Origin: Escherichia coli
Lineage (GTDB): Bacteria; Pseudomonadota; Gammaproteobacteria; Enterobacterales; Enterobacteriaceae
Reading direction: 5' to 3' (one strand)
Assembly: GCF_031661015.1 (NCBI RefSeq)
Contig: NZ_CP134380.1
Length of the DNA stretch: 32,000 nt
Shown: positions 21,780 to 32,000 of the stretch, piece by piece
Numbering within the stretch: position 1 is the stretch's first letter
Layout: each line of letters starts with the position of its first letter
The notes under the pieces: model-generated
Seen by the model: only the letters and a program-made list of their open reading frames with translations
Database searches by the model: none
Told to the model about the DNA's origin: nothing
Made by a program: the position numbers and the translations under genes

Positions 21780-22310
21780 TCATTCAGTATCATCACGCGC
21801 GGTCTGTGCATATGTCACTACCGCACCTAATGTATTAATTTTCTTTTCAACATAGATAATATTATCGTACTCATAATTGCCATACGGATAGCAAATGCGA
21901 ATATTCTCATGTAGATCGGGGTCATCCACCTCAGCTCCAGAACAACTTTTTGAACTACCGGAAGTATACCGATACGGTGCAACATAAGACGATGTATCTC
22001 CAGGCAAAAAATAAGTTAGTGTTGTAAGAGGTATAATCAGAAAAAATCCAGCAAATATGCACATCCCTGCATAAACCTTAAGGTATGCTGACAGACTCTT
22101 CCAGCCGCTTTGTTTTACTATCCCCTTCTTAACCCAAAACAGAGATAACAGAAAAGCTATTCCCATGCTAAACAGAATGTAATAGTGGGATATACTCTGA
22201 TTAAGAAACGTGACCCTGTAGATATCTGCCCGCCACCAGAAGAAAAGGAAAATAAAGATCAGCCCTGAAACTGTCATGCAAATCAAATAAGGATACGAAT
22301 CTTTTTTCAT
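21780..22310 (-). CDS. Uncharacterised membrane protein, counter-oriented in the pL operon
   Basis: From internal Met 22310: MKKDSYPYLICMTVSGLIFIFLFFWWRADIYRV...HYYILFSMGIAFLLSLFWVKKG...AYLKVYAGMCIFAGFFLIIPLTTLTYFL..., three hydrophobic segments and a cysteine-containing C-terminal domain. Open frame extends to 22382. Confidence 0.75.
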   Translation of the reverse strand: MKKDSYPYLICMTVSGLIFIFLFFWWRADIYRVTFLNQSISHYYILFSMGIAFLLSLFWVKKGIVKQSGWKSLSAYLKVYAGMCIFAGFFLIIPLTTLTYFLPGDTSSYVAPYRYTSGSSKSCSGAEVDDPDLHENIRICYPYGNYEYDNIIYVEKKINTLGAVVTYAQTARDDTE

Positions 22311-22624
22311 GTTTAGCGCCCATAAAATTTTTCCTGACCCGGACAAATTTACCATCCATTTTTTGCGCAGAAAATAGCTCATTACTTACTGCACAATAAT
22401 ACACAAAATTGCGTAAATTTTTTGCATGGATTTTAGCTCTTTCAGCCGAAATTTAAGGGGTAAATAGCATTTCCTAAAAGCAACTGCACCAACCCAACAG
22501 AATGGGCTACCGCTTACGTTGAGAGCAAAAAAGTGTATAGCAGCAATGAACAGCATCCTCGCACTGACGAGGATTTCTTTTATCTGAACTCGCTACGGCG
22601 GGTTTTGTTTTATGGAGATGATAA

Positions 22625-22792
22625 ATGCACTTCCGAGTCACAGGTGAATGGAATGGAGAACCATTCAACAGAGTTATCGAAGCCGAGAACATCAGCGACT
22701 GCTATGACCACTGGATGCTGTGGGCGCAGATAGCACATGCAGACGTAACCAATATTCGAATTGAAGAACTGAAAGAACACCAAGCCGCCTGA
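22625..22792 (+). CDS. 55-aa conserved lambdoid small protein upstream of xis
   Basis: Manual translation: MHFRVTGEWNGEPFNRVIEAENISDCYDHWMLWAQIAHADVTNIRIEELKEHQAA*. Confidence 0.8.
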   Translation: MHFRVTGEWNGEPFNRVIEAENISDCYDHWMLWAQIAHADVTNIRIEELKEHQAA

Positions 22793-22807
22793 TGGCGGTT
22801 TTTTCTT
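22785..22807 (+). terminator. Hairpin after the 55-aa ORF
   Basis: ccgcctgatggcggttttttc. Confidence 0.5.
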
Positions 22808-22819
22808 GCGTGTAATTGC
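22806..22819 (+). promoter_or_regulatory. CII binding site of pI (int promoter)
   Basis: TTGC-GTGTAA-TTGC immediately upstream of xis, as in lambda. Confidence 0.85.
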
Positions 22820-22831
22820 GGAGACTTTGCG

Positions 22832-23050
22832 ATGTACTTGACACTTCAGGAGTGGAACGCACGCCAGCGACGCCCAAGAAGCCTTGAAACAGTTCGTCGA
22901 TGGGTACGCGAGTGCAGGATATTCCCTCCTCCGGTTAAGGATGGAAGAGAGTATCTGTTCCACGAATCAGCGGTAAAGGTTGACTTAAATCGACCAGTAA
23001 CAGGTAGCCTTTTGAAGAGGATCAGAAATGGGAAGAAGGCGAAGTCATGA
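22832..23050 (+). CDS. xis: Excisionase Xis
   Basis: 72 aa MYLTLQEWNARQRRPRSLETVRRWVRECRIFPPPVKDGREYLFHESAVKVDLNRPVTGSLLKRIRNGKKAKS. Confidence 0.97.
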   Translation: MYLTLQEWNARQRRPRSLETVRRWVRECRIFPPPVKDGREYLFHESAVKVDLNRPVTGSLLKRIRNGKKAKS

Positions 23051-24098
23051 GCGCCGGGATTTACCCCCTAACCTTTATATAAGAAACAATGGATATTACT
23101 GCTACAGGGACCCAAGGACGGGTAAAGAGTTTGGATTAGGCAGAGACAGGCGAATCGCAATCACTGAAGCCATACAGGCCAACATTGAGTTATTTTCAGG
23201 ACACAAACACAAGCCTCTGACAGCGAGAATCAACAGTGATAATTCCGTTACGTTACATTCATGGCTTGATCGCTACGAAAAAATCCTGGCCAGCAGAGGA
23301 ATCAAGCAGAAGACACTCATAAATTACATGAGCAAAATTAAAGCAATAAGGAGGGGTCTGCCTGATGCTCCACTTGAAGACATCACCACAAAAGAAATTG
23401 CGGCAATGCTCAATGGATACATAGACGAGGGCAAGGCGGCGTCAGCCAAGTTAATCAGATCAACACTGAGCGATGCATTCCGAGAGGCAATAGCTGAAGG
23501 CCATATAACAACAAACCCTGTCGCTGCCACTCGCGCAGCAAAATCAGAGGTAAGGAGATCAAGACTTACGGCTGACGAATACCTGAAAATTTATCAAGCA
23601 GCAGAATCATCACCATGTTGGCTCAGACTTGCAATGGAACTGGCTGTTGTTACCGGGCAACGAGTTGGTGATTTATGCGAAATGAAGTGGTCTGATATCG
23701 TAGATGGATATCTTTATGTCGAGCAAAGCAAAACAGGCGTAAAAATTGCCATCCCAACAGTATTGCATGTTGATGCTCTCGGAATATCAATGAAGGAAAC
23801 ACTTGATAAATGCAAAGAGATTCTTGGCGGAGAAACCATAATTGCATCTACTCGTCGCGAACCGCTTTCATCCGGCACAGTATCAAGGTATTTTATGCGC
23901 GCACGAAAAGCATCAGGTCTTTCCTTCGAAGGGGATCCGCCTACCTTTCACGAGTTGCGCAGTTTGTCTGCAAGACTCTATGAGAAGCAGATAAGCGATA
24001 AGTTTGCTCAACATCTTCTCGGGCATAAGTCGGACACCATGGCATCACAGTATCGTGATGACAGAGGCAGGGAGTGGGACAAAATTGAAATCAAATAA
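23028..24098 (+). CDS. int: Lambda integrase
   Basis: 356 aa tyrosine recombinase, lambda Int. Confidence 0.98.
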   Translation: MGRRRSHERRDLPPNLYIRNNGYYCYRDPRTGKEFGLGRDRRIAITEAIQANIELFSGHKHKPLTARINSDNSVTLHSWLDRYEKILASRGIKQKTLINYMSKIKAIRRGLPDAPLEDITTKEIAAMLNGYIDEGKAASAKLIRSTLSDAFREAIAEGHITTNPVAATRAAKSEVRRSRLTADEYLKIYQAAESSPCWLRLAMELAVVTGQRVGDLCEMKWSDIVDGYLYVEQSKTGVKIAIPTVLHVDALGISMKETLDKCKEILGGETIIASTRREPLSSGTVSRYFMRARKASGLSFEGDPPTFHELRSLSARLYEKQISDKFAQHLLGHKSDTMASQYRDDRGREWDKIEIK

Positions 24099-24200
24099 TG
24101 ATTTTATTTTGACTGATAGTGACCTGTTCGTTGCAACAAATTGATAAGCAATGCTTTTTTATAATGCCAACTTAGTATAAAAAAGCAGGCTTCAACGGAT
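24099..24200. other. attL: attL prophage-host junction; 15-bp core TTAGTATAAAAAAGC (reverse complement of GCTTTTTTATACTAA) at 24172-24186
   Basis: P'-arm Int sites (gactgatagtgacc) and IHF-like caaattgataag lie left of the core. Bacterial B arm (aggcttcaacgg) lies right, followed by ybhC. Confidence 0.94.
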
Positions 24201-24232
24201 TCATTTTTCTATTTCATAGCCCGGAGCAACCT

Positions 24233-25516
24233 GTGAACACATTTTCAGTTTCCCGTCTGGCGCTGGCATTGGCTTTTGGCGTGACGCTGACCGCCTGTAG
24301 CTCAACACCACCCGATCAACGTCCTTCTGATCAAACCGCGCCTGGTACCTCTTCTCGCCCGATTCTGTCGGCAAAAGAAGCGCAGAATTTCGATGCTCAA
24401 CACTATTTTGCGTCCCTGACACCAGGTGCTGCAGCGTGGAATCCTTCCCCGATTACCCTGCCTGCGCAACCTGACTTTGTTGTCGGCCCGGCGGGAACTC
24501 AAGGTGTAACGCATACCACGATTCAGGCGGCGGTAGATGCGGCAATTATCAAGCGTACCAACAAGCGCCAGTATATTGCCGTGATGCCTGGTGAGTATCA
24601 GGGAACGGTGTATGTTCCTGCCGCTCCGGGTGGAATTACTCTGTACGGTACAGGTGAAAAACCGATTGATGTGAAGATTGGGCTTTCCCTTGATGGTGGC
24701 ATGAGCCCTGCCGACTGGCGTCACGACGTCAACCCGCGCGGCAAATATATGCCAGGTAAACCAGCGTGGTATATGTACGATAGCTGCCAGAGCAAACGCA
24801 GCGACAGTATCGGTGTTCTCTGCTCTGCGGTCTTCTGGTCACAAAACAATGGCCTGCAACTGCAAAATCTGACCATCGAAAACACGCTGGGCGATAGCGT
24901 AGATGCAGGTAACCATCCGGCGGTGGCACTGCGTACTGATGGTGACCAGGTACAGATTAACAACGTTAACATTCTCGGTCGTCAGAACACCTTCTTTGTC
25001 ACCAACAGCGGTGTGCAGAACCGTCTGGAAACGAATCGTCAGCCGCGTACGCTGGTGACCAACAGCTACATTGAAGGGGATGTGGATATCGTTTCTGGTC
25101 GCGGCGCAGTGGTGTTCGATAACACCGAATTCCGCGTGGTGAACTCACGTACTCAGCAAGAAGCGTATGTGTTTGCACCGGCTACGCTGTCCAACATTTA
25201 CTACGGTTTCCTCGCCGTAAACAGCCGTTTCAATGCTTTCGGTGATGGTGTGGCGCAACTGGGCCGCTCGCTGGATGTTGATGCCAATACCAACGGTCAG
25301 GTGGTGATCCGTGATAGCGCCATCAACGAAGGTTTTAACACGGCTAAACCGTGGGCCGATGCGGTGATCTCTAATCGTCCGTTTGCGGGTAATACCGGCA
25401 GCGTAGATGATAACGACGAAATACAGCGCAATCTGAATGACACTAACTACAACCGCATGTGGGAATACAATAACCGCGGCGTGGGTAGCAAAGTGGTTGC
25501 AGAGGCGAAGAAGTAA
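24233..25516 (+). CDS. ybhC: YbhC, outer membrane lipoprotein of the pectinesterase family
   Basis: 427 aa MNTFSVSRLALALAFGVTLTACSSTPPDQRPSDQ..., lipobox; K-12 YbhC as recalled. Confidence 0.97.
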   Translation: MNTFSVSRLALALAFGVTLTACSSTPPDQRPSDQTAPGTSSRPILSAKEAQNFDAQHYFASLTPGAAAWNPSPITLPAQPDFVVGPAGTQGVTHTTIQAAVDAAIIKRTNKRQYIAVMPGEYQGTVYVPAAPGGITLYGTGEKPIDVKIGLSLDGGMSPADWRHDVNPRGKYMPGKPAWYMYDSCQSKRSDSIGVLCSAVFWSQNNGLQLQNLTIENTLGDSVDAGNHPAVALRTDGDQVQINNVNILGRQNTFFVTNSGVQNRLETNRQPRTLVTNSYIEGDVDIVSGRGAVVFDNTEFRVVNSRTQQEAYVFAPATLSNIYYGFLAVNSRFNAFGDGVAQLGRSLDVDANTNGQVVIRDSAINEGFNTAKPWADAVISNRPFAGNTGSVDDNDEIQRNLNDTNYNRMWEYNNRGVGSKVVAEAKK

Positions 25517-25532
25517 GAGCTATTAACTATTT

Positions 25533-25617
<85 letters not shown>

Positions 25618-25656
25618 AATAAGTGCCGAATGCGACCTACATTCACATGGCGCTTT

Positions 25657-27918
25657 TTACATCTGACGGTTTTTATTGAAGTTAATCAAACTACCCGCCT
25701 TGATAATCTCGCGCTCTTCAGCAGTCAGACTTTCCATATAGAGCGTAATTTCCGTTACCGGCGCATCTTCATGGATCACATAACCTTTAAACGTCGTACC
25801 CGGATTATCCAGCGCCGCTTTAATGCCAGGGATGTAAATGTAATCCCCCACTTCAAAGGTTGGCGCTTCCGCCATCTGCAGCGGTAACATCCCCCAGTTG
25901 ATGACGTTAGAACGGTAGCGTTTAGTCGCGTACTCCTCGGCAATATTCGCCAGACCGCCAATCACACGCTGGCAGCTCGCCGCCTGTTCACGCGCAGAAC
26001 CATCGCCTGGTTTCACCGCATAGACCATGCTGCCAATTTCAGTTTGCAGCGGATCAATATGCTCCTGACCAGCAATCTGCTTAATGCGCGCAAACACCTC
26101 TGTCAGCTCGCTGACATTCCCCGCCAGACGCTGATTTTCCAGCTCAGCAGTCGCTTTACTTCTGCCAACATAACCGGGATCGCGGCGAGACAGGGTAAAC
26201 TCCGCCAGACCAATCGGATTTGAACGATAAGAAGAGGTTTCACCGGAAGGAATCAGTTCGTCGGTGGTGGTCACTTCGTCGAGGATCTTCGAGCACACTT
26301 TCAGGACGATATTGTCAGTCAGCGCACCCAATTCCGGCCAGTCTTTAATGTTCGGCCCGTAAATCAGCGGTTGCTGAGTTGCCCCTTTCACAAAGCCCTG
26401 ATAAACACGGTTTTTATACGGCGTTACATCGAAGGCGTACTCCGGCACGTTGTCCCAGCAATCAAGTTCGCTGGCAGAGGTTAAATAGCCACCGTTTGCC
26501 GCAGTCGCAGCGATAGAACGAGCGTCCATCAACGCCACCGCTGACATCTGCCCATTAGCTGGCTTAGAGCCTTCGCGGTTCGGGAAGTTACGCGTGGTGT
26601 GGCGAATACTCAAACCGTTGTTGATTGGCGTATCGCCCGCGCCAAAGCATGGGCCGCAGAACGCGGTTCTGATAATTGCGCCTGCGCCAATCAAATCTGC
26701 TACCACACCTTTTTTGGCGAGATCCATAAACACCGGCTGTGATGACGGGTAAACCGCCAGCGAGAAGGTGTCATTGCCACAGGATTGACCGCGCAGTGCA
26801 TTCGCCGCCGCGATGACGTTTTCGTAGTTACCGCCAGAACAGCCCGCGATAATCCCCTGCTGCACTTTCAGGCGACCATTTTCCACTTTATCCAGCAGCG
26901 AGAGTTTGGCTTTACCGTGCGCCACGCGTTCGGACTCAATTTCAATCTCACGCAGAATGTCGGTCAGGTTCTGGTTCAGTGTGTCGATTTCATACACGTT
27001 GCTCGGGTGGAACGGCAGCGCAATCATTGGTTTGATGGCGCTTAAATCAACGCTGATGCAGCCATCGTAGTACGCCATCGGTTGAGGGTTAAGCTGGCAG
27101 TAATCCTGGCCGCGACCGTGCAGCGCCAGCCAGTTATGGACTTCTTCATCGGTTTGCCAGACAGAACTTAAACAGGTGGTTTCCGTGGTCATCACGTCAA
27201 CGCTGTTACGGAAATCGGTAGAGAGCGCGCTAACGCCCGGTCCAACGAACTCCATGACTTTGTTTTTGACGTAACCGTTTTTGAACACCGCGCCAATGAT
27301 AGCCAGCGCCACATCCTGCGGCCCCACATACGGCGCTGGTTTTCCGGTCAGATGCACCGCAACAACTCCCGGATAGTCGATATCCCAGGTGTCATTAAGC
27401 AGCTGTTTTACCAACTCACCACCGCCCTCACCGACTGCCATTGTCCCTAATGCACCGTAACGGGTGTGGCTGTCTGACCCGAGGATCATTTTGCCGCCGC
27501 CTGCCATCATCTCACGCATATATTGATGGATGACCGCAATATGCGGAGGCACAAAAATACCGCCATAACGCTGAGCTGCCGATAAACCAAAAACATGGTC
27601 ATCACCGTTAATGGTGCCGCCGACGGCGCAGAGTGAGTTATGGCAGTTGGTCAGCACATACGGCAGCGGGAAACGTTCCATACCGGACGCTTTAGCGGTC
27701 TGTACAATACCAACAAAGGTAATATCGTGAGAGGCTAATGAATCAAACTTAATTTTAAGTTTATCCATATTTCCGGACGTATTATGCGAAGAGAGAATAG
27801 ACCAGGCAATAGTGCCTTTTTTGGCTTCTTCTTTTTTAATTTCGCCGGTGAAATGTTCTTCAGCAATTATTTCGTTATTACTGGCGAGAAACACGCCTTT
27901 GTCAGATAACTTGATCAT
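25657..27918 (-). CDS. ybhJ: YbhJ, aconitase family putative hydratase
   Basis: 753 aa from internal start [61 protein letters not shown]... Confidence 0.96.
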   Translation of the reverse strand: MIKLSDKGVFLASNNEIIAEEHFTGEIKKEEAKKGTIAWSILSSHNTSGNMDKLKIKFDSLASHDITFVGIVQTAKASGMERFPLPYVLTNCHNSLCAVGGTINGDDHVFGLSAAQRYGGIFVPPHIAVIHQYMREMMAGGGKMILGSDSHTRYGALGTMAVGEGGGELVKQLLNDTWDIDYPGVVAVHLTGKPAPYVGPQDVALAIIGAVFKNGYVKNKVMEFVGPGVSALSTDFRNSVDVMTTETTCLSSVWQTDEEVHNWLALHGRGQDYCQLNPQPMAYYDGCISVDLSAIKPMIALPFHPSNVYEIDTLNQNLTDILREIEIESERVAHGKAKLSLLDKVENGRLKVQQGIIAGCSGGNYENVIAAANALRGQSCGNDTFSLAVYPSSQPVFMDLAKKGVVADLIGAGAIIRTAFCGPCFGAGDTPINNGLSIRHTTRNFPNREGSKPANGQMSAVALMDARSIAATAANGGYLTSASELDCWDNVPEYAFDVTPYKNRVYQGFVKGATQQPLIYGPNIKDWPELGALTDNIVLKVCSKILDEVTTTDELIPSGETSSYRSNPIGLAEFTLSRRDPGYVGRSKATAELENQRLAGNVSELTEVFARIKQIAGQEHIDPLQTEIGSMVYAVKPGDGSAREQAASCQRVIGGLANIAEEYATKRYRSNVINWGMLPLQMAEAPTFEVGDYIYIPGIKAALDNPGTTFKGYVIHEDAPVTEITLYMESLTAEEREIIKAGSLINFNKNRQM

Positions 27919-27970
27919 CAAATGCTCCAGATATCTGCGCACCGTGAAGTGCGCAGAAAGATAATAAATG

Positions 27971-28095
27971 GATATACTCTAAATAATTTGAGTTGCAGGA
28001 AGGCGACAAGCGAGTGAATCCCCAGGAGCTTACATAAGTAAGTGACTGGGGTGAGCGAACGCAGACGCAGCACATGCAACTTGAAGTATGACGAG
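27971..28095. repeat. Imperfect palindromic intergenic repeat between ybhI and ybhJ
   Basis: gatatactctaaataatttgagttgcaggaaggcg...ccccaggagcttacataagtaagtgactgggg...gcacatgcaacttgaagtatgac; ends and centre self-complementary. Recognised as a recurrent enterobacterial intergenic sequence. Confidence 0.7.
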
Positions 28096-28100
28096 AATAT

Positions 28101-29534
28101 TTACAGCATGTTCCAGCCGATCAGCATATTCCACCACCACACGCCGAGGGTGATATGCACCAGGAAGGTTAATATCGTCAGTACCGCACCGACCAACCAC
28201 CAGGATTTAATATCGTTATAACCCACGCCAAAGATGACCGGACCTGCCGCGCCGCCATAGTGAGTAACCATGCCGCCATAGGAGTTGGAGAACAACAGTG
28301 CCAGCGCGGTTAACATTAACGGTGCGCCGGAGACGTTCGCCAGCATGGCAAATACCGGTAACATAGCAACGATATAGGCACTACCGGAAGCGAAGAAATA
28401 ACGCACGATAATGCTGAGGAAAATAATAACGAAGAAAGCAACGTTACCGTGACCATCAAATGCCAGGTTATTTTTAAAGACTTCAGCTAACCATTCGAAG
28501 AATTTAACTTTCGATAATAAGGAGCTTAATCCGATAATACCGCCGTACCAGATTAAGGTATTCCAGCCGCCTTTATTTTTAACCACGTCTTCCCAGGTAA
28601 CGATACCCAGCAGCAGCATGGTCGCCATAACAACGATTGCCACAGTGGATTCATCAACCCCCAGAGACTTACTGAAAATCCAGCCCAGTAGCGCCAGCAC
28701 AAAGACACCGAGCAGCATTTTTTCGCGGATTTTCATCGGTCCCAGTTCGGCAAGGCCCGCTTTAGCGATGGTTTTGTTATCCACCTTTTTAATTTCTGGT
28801 GGATACATGGTGTAAATTACCAGCGGGGTGACCAGCAGCATAATGATGCCCGGCAATCCGGCGGCCAGCGCCCATCCACCCCAGCTAATTTGCAGGTGCA
28901 GAATGTCGTTGATCATTTTCAGCGCCAGAATGTTCCCCGCCATTGCGGTAAAGAACATATAGCTGGTGGTTTTGGTGACCATGTAAATGGACATCATCAG
29001 GTAATGTCCGACACGACGCGGACTTTTTTCCGGTTCGGACCCCAAAGCCACCGCCACGCTGTTGATGATCGGTAACACAATGCCGCCCGCACGCGCGGTG
29101 TTAGACGGTGTTGCCGGAGCCAGTACCAGATCGAGGAATACCGTAACGTAACCCAGACCCAGCGTGGTGTTACCGATTTTACCAATCAGCAGATAGGCAA
29201 TACGTTTACCTAAACCGGTGGTCACAAATGCGGCGCTTAAGGTAAACGCCGAGAACACCAGCCAGGTAGTACCTGAAGAGTAACCGCTTAATACGGCGGT
29301 GGTCTTAAACGCACCGTCGGATAAGTTACCGACCACCACCATTGAGGCAGCAACGGCAATTAACAGTACGACAGGTTCCGGGAAAGGCTTGATAACCAGA
29401 CCCACAATGGCCGCCAGGTAAATACCAAAAAGCACCCACGCCAGTTCGCTTAATCCTGCCGGAGCTGGCATAAAACCAATAATACATGGGATCGCTAATA
29501 TCAGAATTAGCTTCCATAACGATTTCTTATTCAT
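28101..29534 (-). CDS. ybhI: YbhI, DASS/CitT family anion transporter
   Basis: 477 aa MNKKSLWKLILILAIPCIIGFMPAPAGLSELAWVLFGIYLAAIVGLVIKPFPEP... Confidence 0.95.
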   Translation of the reverse strand: MNKKSLWKLILILAIPCIIGFMPAPAGLSELAWVLFGIYLAAIVGLVIKPFPEPVVLLIAVAASMVVVGNLSDGAFKTTAVLSGYSSGTTWLVFSAFTLSAAFVTTGLGKRIAYLLIGKIGNTTLGLGYVTVFLDLVLAPATPSNTARAGGIVLPIINSVAVALGSEPEKSPRRVGHYLMMSIYMVTKTTSYMFFTAMAGNILALKMINDILHLQISWGGWALAAGLPGIIMLLVTPLVIYTMYPPEIKKVDNKTIAKAGLAELGPMKIREKMLLGVFVLALLGWIFSKSLGVDESTVAIVVMATMLLLGIVTWEDVVKNKGGWNTLIWYGGIIGLSSLLSKVKFFEWLAEVFKNNLAFDGHGNVAFFVIIFLSIIVRYFFASGSAYIVAMLPVFAMLANVSGAPLMLTALALLFSNSYGGMVTHYGGAAGPVIFGVGYNDIKSWWLVGAVLTILTFLVHITLGVWWWNMLIGWNML

Positions 29535-29609
29535 TTAAAATCCTGTTCTTTCTGTATGACTCATACAGAAGTCCTTTATTGATTGTCCTTATCCTGACAA
29601 CGAATTTTT

Positions 29610-30662
29610 TCAGGGAAGATAAACTTCACCGGAAAATATTTTTCTGGTCGTCCGAATAACAGATGCGCGTAACGTCGTGGCATCCTGACCTTCATTACTT
29701 AAATGAACGTCGAGCGCACCACTGGGGTGTTCAATATTGATATTGCCGTATCCTACAGAAGGGACGATTTGTCGGGTGACGGTGCCTTCCAATGCACAAC
29801 TACTGGAAATAGCAATAGCACCGGTTATCGCCAGCGCGCGATGGCAAGAATGCGGCATAAAATAACGTACATTAATTGCCCCGCCTTTCTGCGCTGGAGA
29901 AATAAGCACAGGTTTAGGGATAACCATATTACTGACATCACCTAAGCCCATTGCTTTACCCGCTTGTAGACGGATAGATTCAATGCGTGCTAATAATGCT
30001 TTGTCGGCATCCAGTTCCGCCGGTAATTCATAACCTGTTTTTCCCAGATATTCAGCCGGAATAATGACGACTGGCATCGCCATATCGATACAGGTCACCG
30101 GGACATCGTCAAAATAATCAATCTGATTATCAGTCGGGAAGACTTTTCCGGTTTTGGTTCCGGCGGCATTCAGGAAAGTGAGCGCAACCGGTGCGGCAGT
30201 ACCCGGTACGCCGTCAATTCTGGCGCTACCCTCGTACTCGACAACACCATTTGGCGTTTGCACATCAGCTTCGATGAACGTACCAGTATTGACGTTGCGG
30301 ATACGTACGCGGGTAACTGGTGAAGTCGCTGCAATCAAACCATTTTCAATGGCGAATGCCCCAACACCAGACAGCATATTGCCACAATTAGGCGTGGTAT
30401 CGACACGTTGCTCATGGACAATAACTTGAGCAAACAGATAATCGACATCAGCACGCGGATCGCTGGAACGGCTAATAATGGCGACTTTACTGGTCAGCGG
30501 ATTACCGCCGCCAATACCGTCAATTTCCAGATCGTTACCGGAACCCATAATTGCCATCAATATTTTATCGCGCTGCGTTTGATCTTCGGGTAAATGTTCC
30601 GCTAACAAGAACGCGCCCCTCGAGGTTCCACCTCGCATCATCACGCAGGGTATTTTTTTCAT
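29610..30662 (-). CDS. ybhH: YbhH, PrpF family putative isomerase
   Basis: 350 aa MKKIPCVMMRGGTSRGAFLLAEHLPEDQTQRDKILMAIMGSGNDLEIDGIGGGNPLTSKVAI... Confidence 0.95.
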   Translation of the reverse strand: MKKIPCVMMRGGTSRGAFLLAEHLPEDQTQRDKILMAIMGSGNDLEIDGIGGGNPLTSKVAIISRSSDPRADVDYLFAQVIVHEQRVDTTPNCGNMLSGVGAFAIENGLIAATSPVTRVRIRNVNTGTFIEADVQTPNGVVEYEGSARIDGVPGTAAPVALTFLNAAGTKTGKVFPTDNQIDYFDDVPVTCIDMAMPVVIIPAEYLGKTGYELPAELDADKALLARIESIRLQAGKAMGLGDVSNMVIPKPVLISPAQKGGAINVRYFMPHSCHRALAITGAIAISSSCALEGTVTRQIVPSVGYGNINIEHPSGALDVHLSNEGQDATTLRASVIRTTRKIFSGEVYLP

Positions 30663-30782
30663 AATAATGCCCTCAATTTAAAAACATAACTTATTGCGAT
30701 ATGGTTACATTAAGGACAAAGCATCTCTAATGACTTTAGCTCAACGATTAATAACATTTTTTCATTAATTTAAGTTGGCTAA

Positions 30783-31799
30783 ATGCAGTTAAAATTTTTA
30801 ACGACCAGCCACCCAAAATCGTCGCTTCCATTTTCCGGAGTAATAATGAAGCATGAATTATCAAGTATGAAGGCATTTGTCATACTGGCAGAGTCCAGTT
30901 CATTTAACAATGCCGCTAAATTACTCAATATTACGCAACCTGCATTAACGCGAAGAATAAAAAAGATGGAGGAAGATTTACATATTCAACTATTTGAGCG
31001 TACAACTCGCAAGGTTACGTTAACAAAAGCAGGAAAAAGGTTGCTCCCGGAGGCGCGGGAATTAATAAAGAAATTCGATGAAACGCTTTTTAATATTCGT
31101 GATATGAATGCTTATCATCGTGGTATGGTGACGTTAGCGTGTATTCCGACCGCAGTATTTTATTTTTTACCGCTGGCAATCGGTAAATTTAATGAGCTGT
31201 ATCCCAATATTAAAGTGCGGATTCTGGAACAAGGCACGAATAATTGCATGGAATCGGTGCTGTGTAACGAATCAGACTTTGGCATAAACATGAACAACGT
31301 CACAAATTCATCCATTGATTTTACCCCACTGGTCAACGAGCCATTCGTGCTGGCCTGTCGGCGTGACCATCCATTGGCCAAAAAGCAGCTTGTAGAATGG
31401 CAGGAGTTAGTGGGTTACAAAATGATTGGCGTACGTTCCTCCAGCGGCAACCGATTGTTGATAGAACAACAGCTAGCCGACAAGCCCTGGAAGCTGGACT
31501 GGTTTTACGAAGTGCGTCATCTTTCGACGTCATTAGGACTGGTGGAGGCGGGACTGGGGATTTCGGCGCTTCCTGGTCTGGCAATGCCCCATGCACCCTA
31601 TTCTTCGATTATTGGTATCCCGCTGGTGGAACCGGTTATACGTCGGACATTGGGGATTATTCGCCGCAAAGATGCCGTGCTTTCTCCGGCAGCAGAACGC
31701 TTTTTTGCCTTGCTGATTAATTTGTGGACTGACGATAAAGACAATTTGTGGACCAATATCGTCGAACGCCAGAGACATGCGTTACAGGAGATAGGTTAA
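30783..31799 (+). CDS. ybhD: YbhD, LysR family regulator; likely start at an internal Met
   Basis: 338 aa including ...MKHELSSMKAFVILAESSSFNNAAKLLNITQPALTRRIKKMEEDLHIQLFERTTRKVTLT... Confidence 0.94.
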   Translation: MQLKFLTTSHPKSSLPFSGVIMKHELSSMKAFVILAESSSFNNAAKLLNITQPALTRRIKKMEEDLHIQLFERTTRKVTLTKAGKRLLPEARELIKKFDETLFNIRDMNAYHRGMVTLACIPTAVFYFLPLAIGKFNELYPNIKVRILEQGTNNCMESVLCNESDFGINMNNVTNSSIDFTPLVNEPFVLACRRDHPLAKKQLVEWQELVGYKMIGVRSSSGNRLLIEQQLADKPWKLDWFYEVRHLSTSLGLVEAGLGISALPGLAMPHAPYSSIIGIPLVEPVIRRTLGIIRRKDAVLSPAAERFFALLINLWTDDKDNLWTNIVERQRHALQEIG

Positions 31800-31839
31800 T
31801 ACACCGGCGCAGGAGAGACTGCGCCGGGTAAATCAGCGG

Positions 31840-32000
<161 letters not shown>

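Noticed and set aside
24098-24200. Search for lambda sib retroregulator next to int
   Set aside because: Integration separates sib (b-region side of attP) from int; only the P' arm and the chromosomal B arm are present here.
27971-28095. Palindromic sequence between ybhI and ybhJ considered as a mobile element
   Set aside because: Recognised as a recurrent enterobacterial intergenic repeat; no transposase.

Overview
This window covers the integrase-proximal end of a mosaic lambdoid prophage in Escherichia coli, integrated at the lambda attachment site next to ybhC, followed by chromosomal ybhC-ybhJ-ybhI-ybhH-ybhD-pgl'. In prophage late-to-early order (mostly minus strand) it contains: portal B (partial), W, terminase A and Nu1, cosN/cosB, ylcI/ynfO-like and ybcV-like genes, a Rha-family gene, a phage-21/DLP12-type lysis cassette (pinholin, SAR endolysin, Rz/Rz1), a PA-2/NmpC-type porin on the opposite strand, a DLP12/PA-2-type Q, rusA, ybcO, ylcG, ninB/ybcN and ylcH. 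An accessory cassette follows (HEPN-like, HolE/Hot-like with a premature stop, DUF4145-like), then ren, P, O with ori iterons, oop, cII, nutR, and a phage 434-type Cro/OR/CI immunity region. On the plus strand are a cI-coupled exported protein, 434-type OL, nutL with a boxB variant, N, an unknown 293-aa ORF in the sieB/ral position, ea10, cIII, kil, gam, bet, exo, small ORFs, an apparent ea22-like remnant, a counter-oriented membrane protein, xis, int and attL. Most of this is known lambdoid biology. The best candidates for something new are the ren-ninB accessory cassette and the N-coupled 293-aa ORF. No family assignment was checked by a database search; calls rest on recognised protein or DNA sequence.
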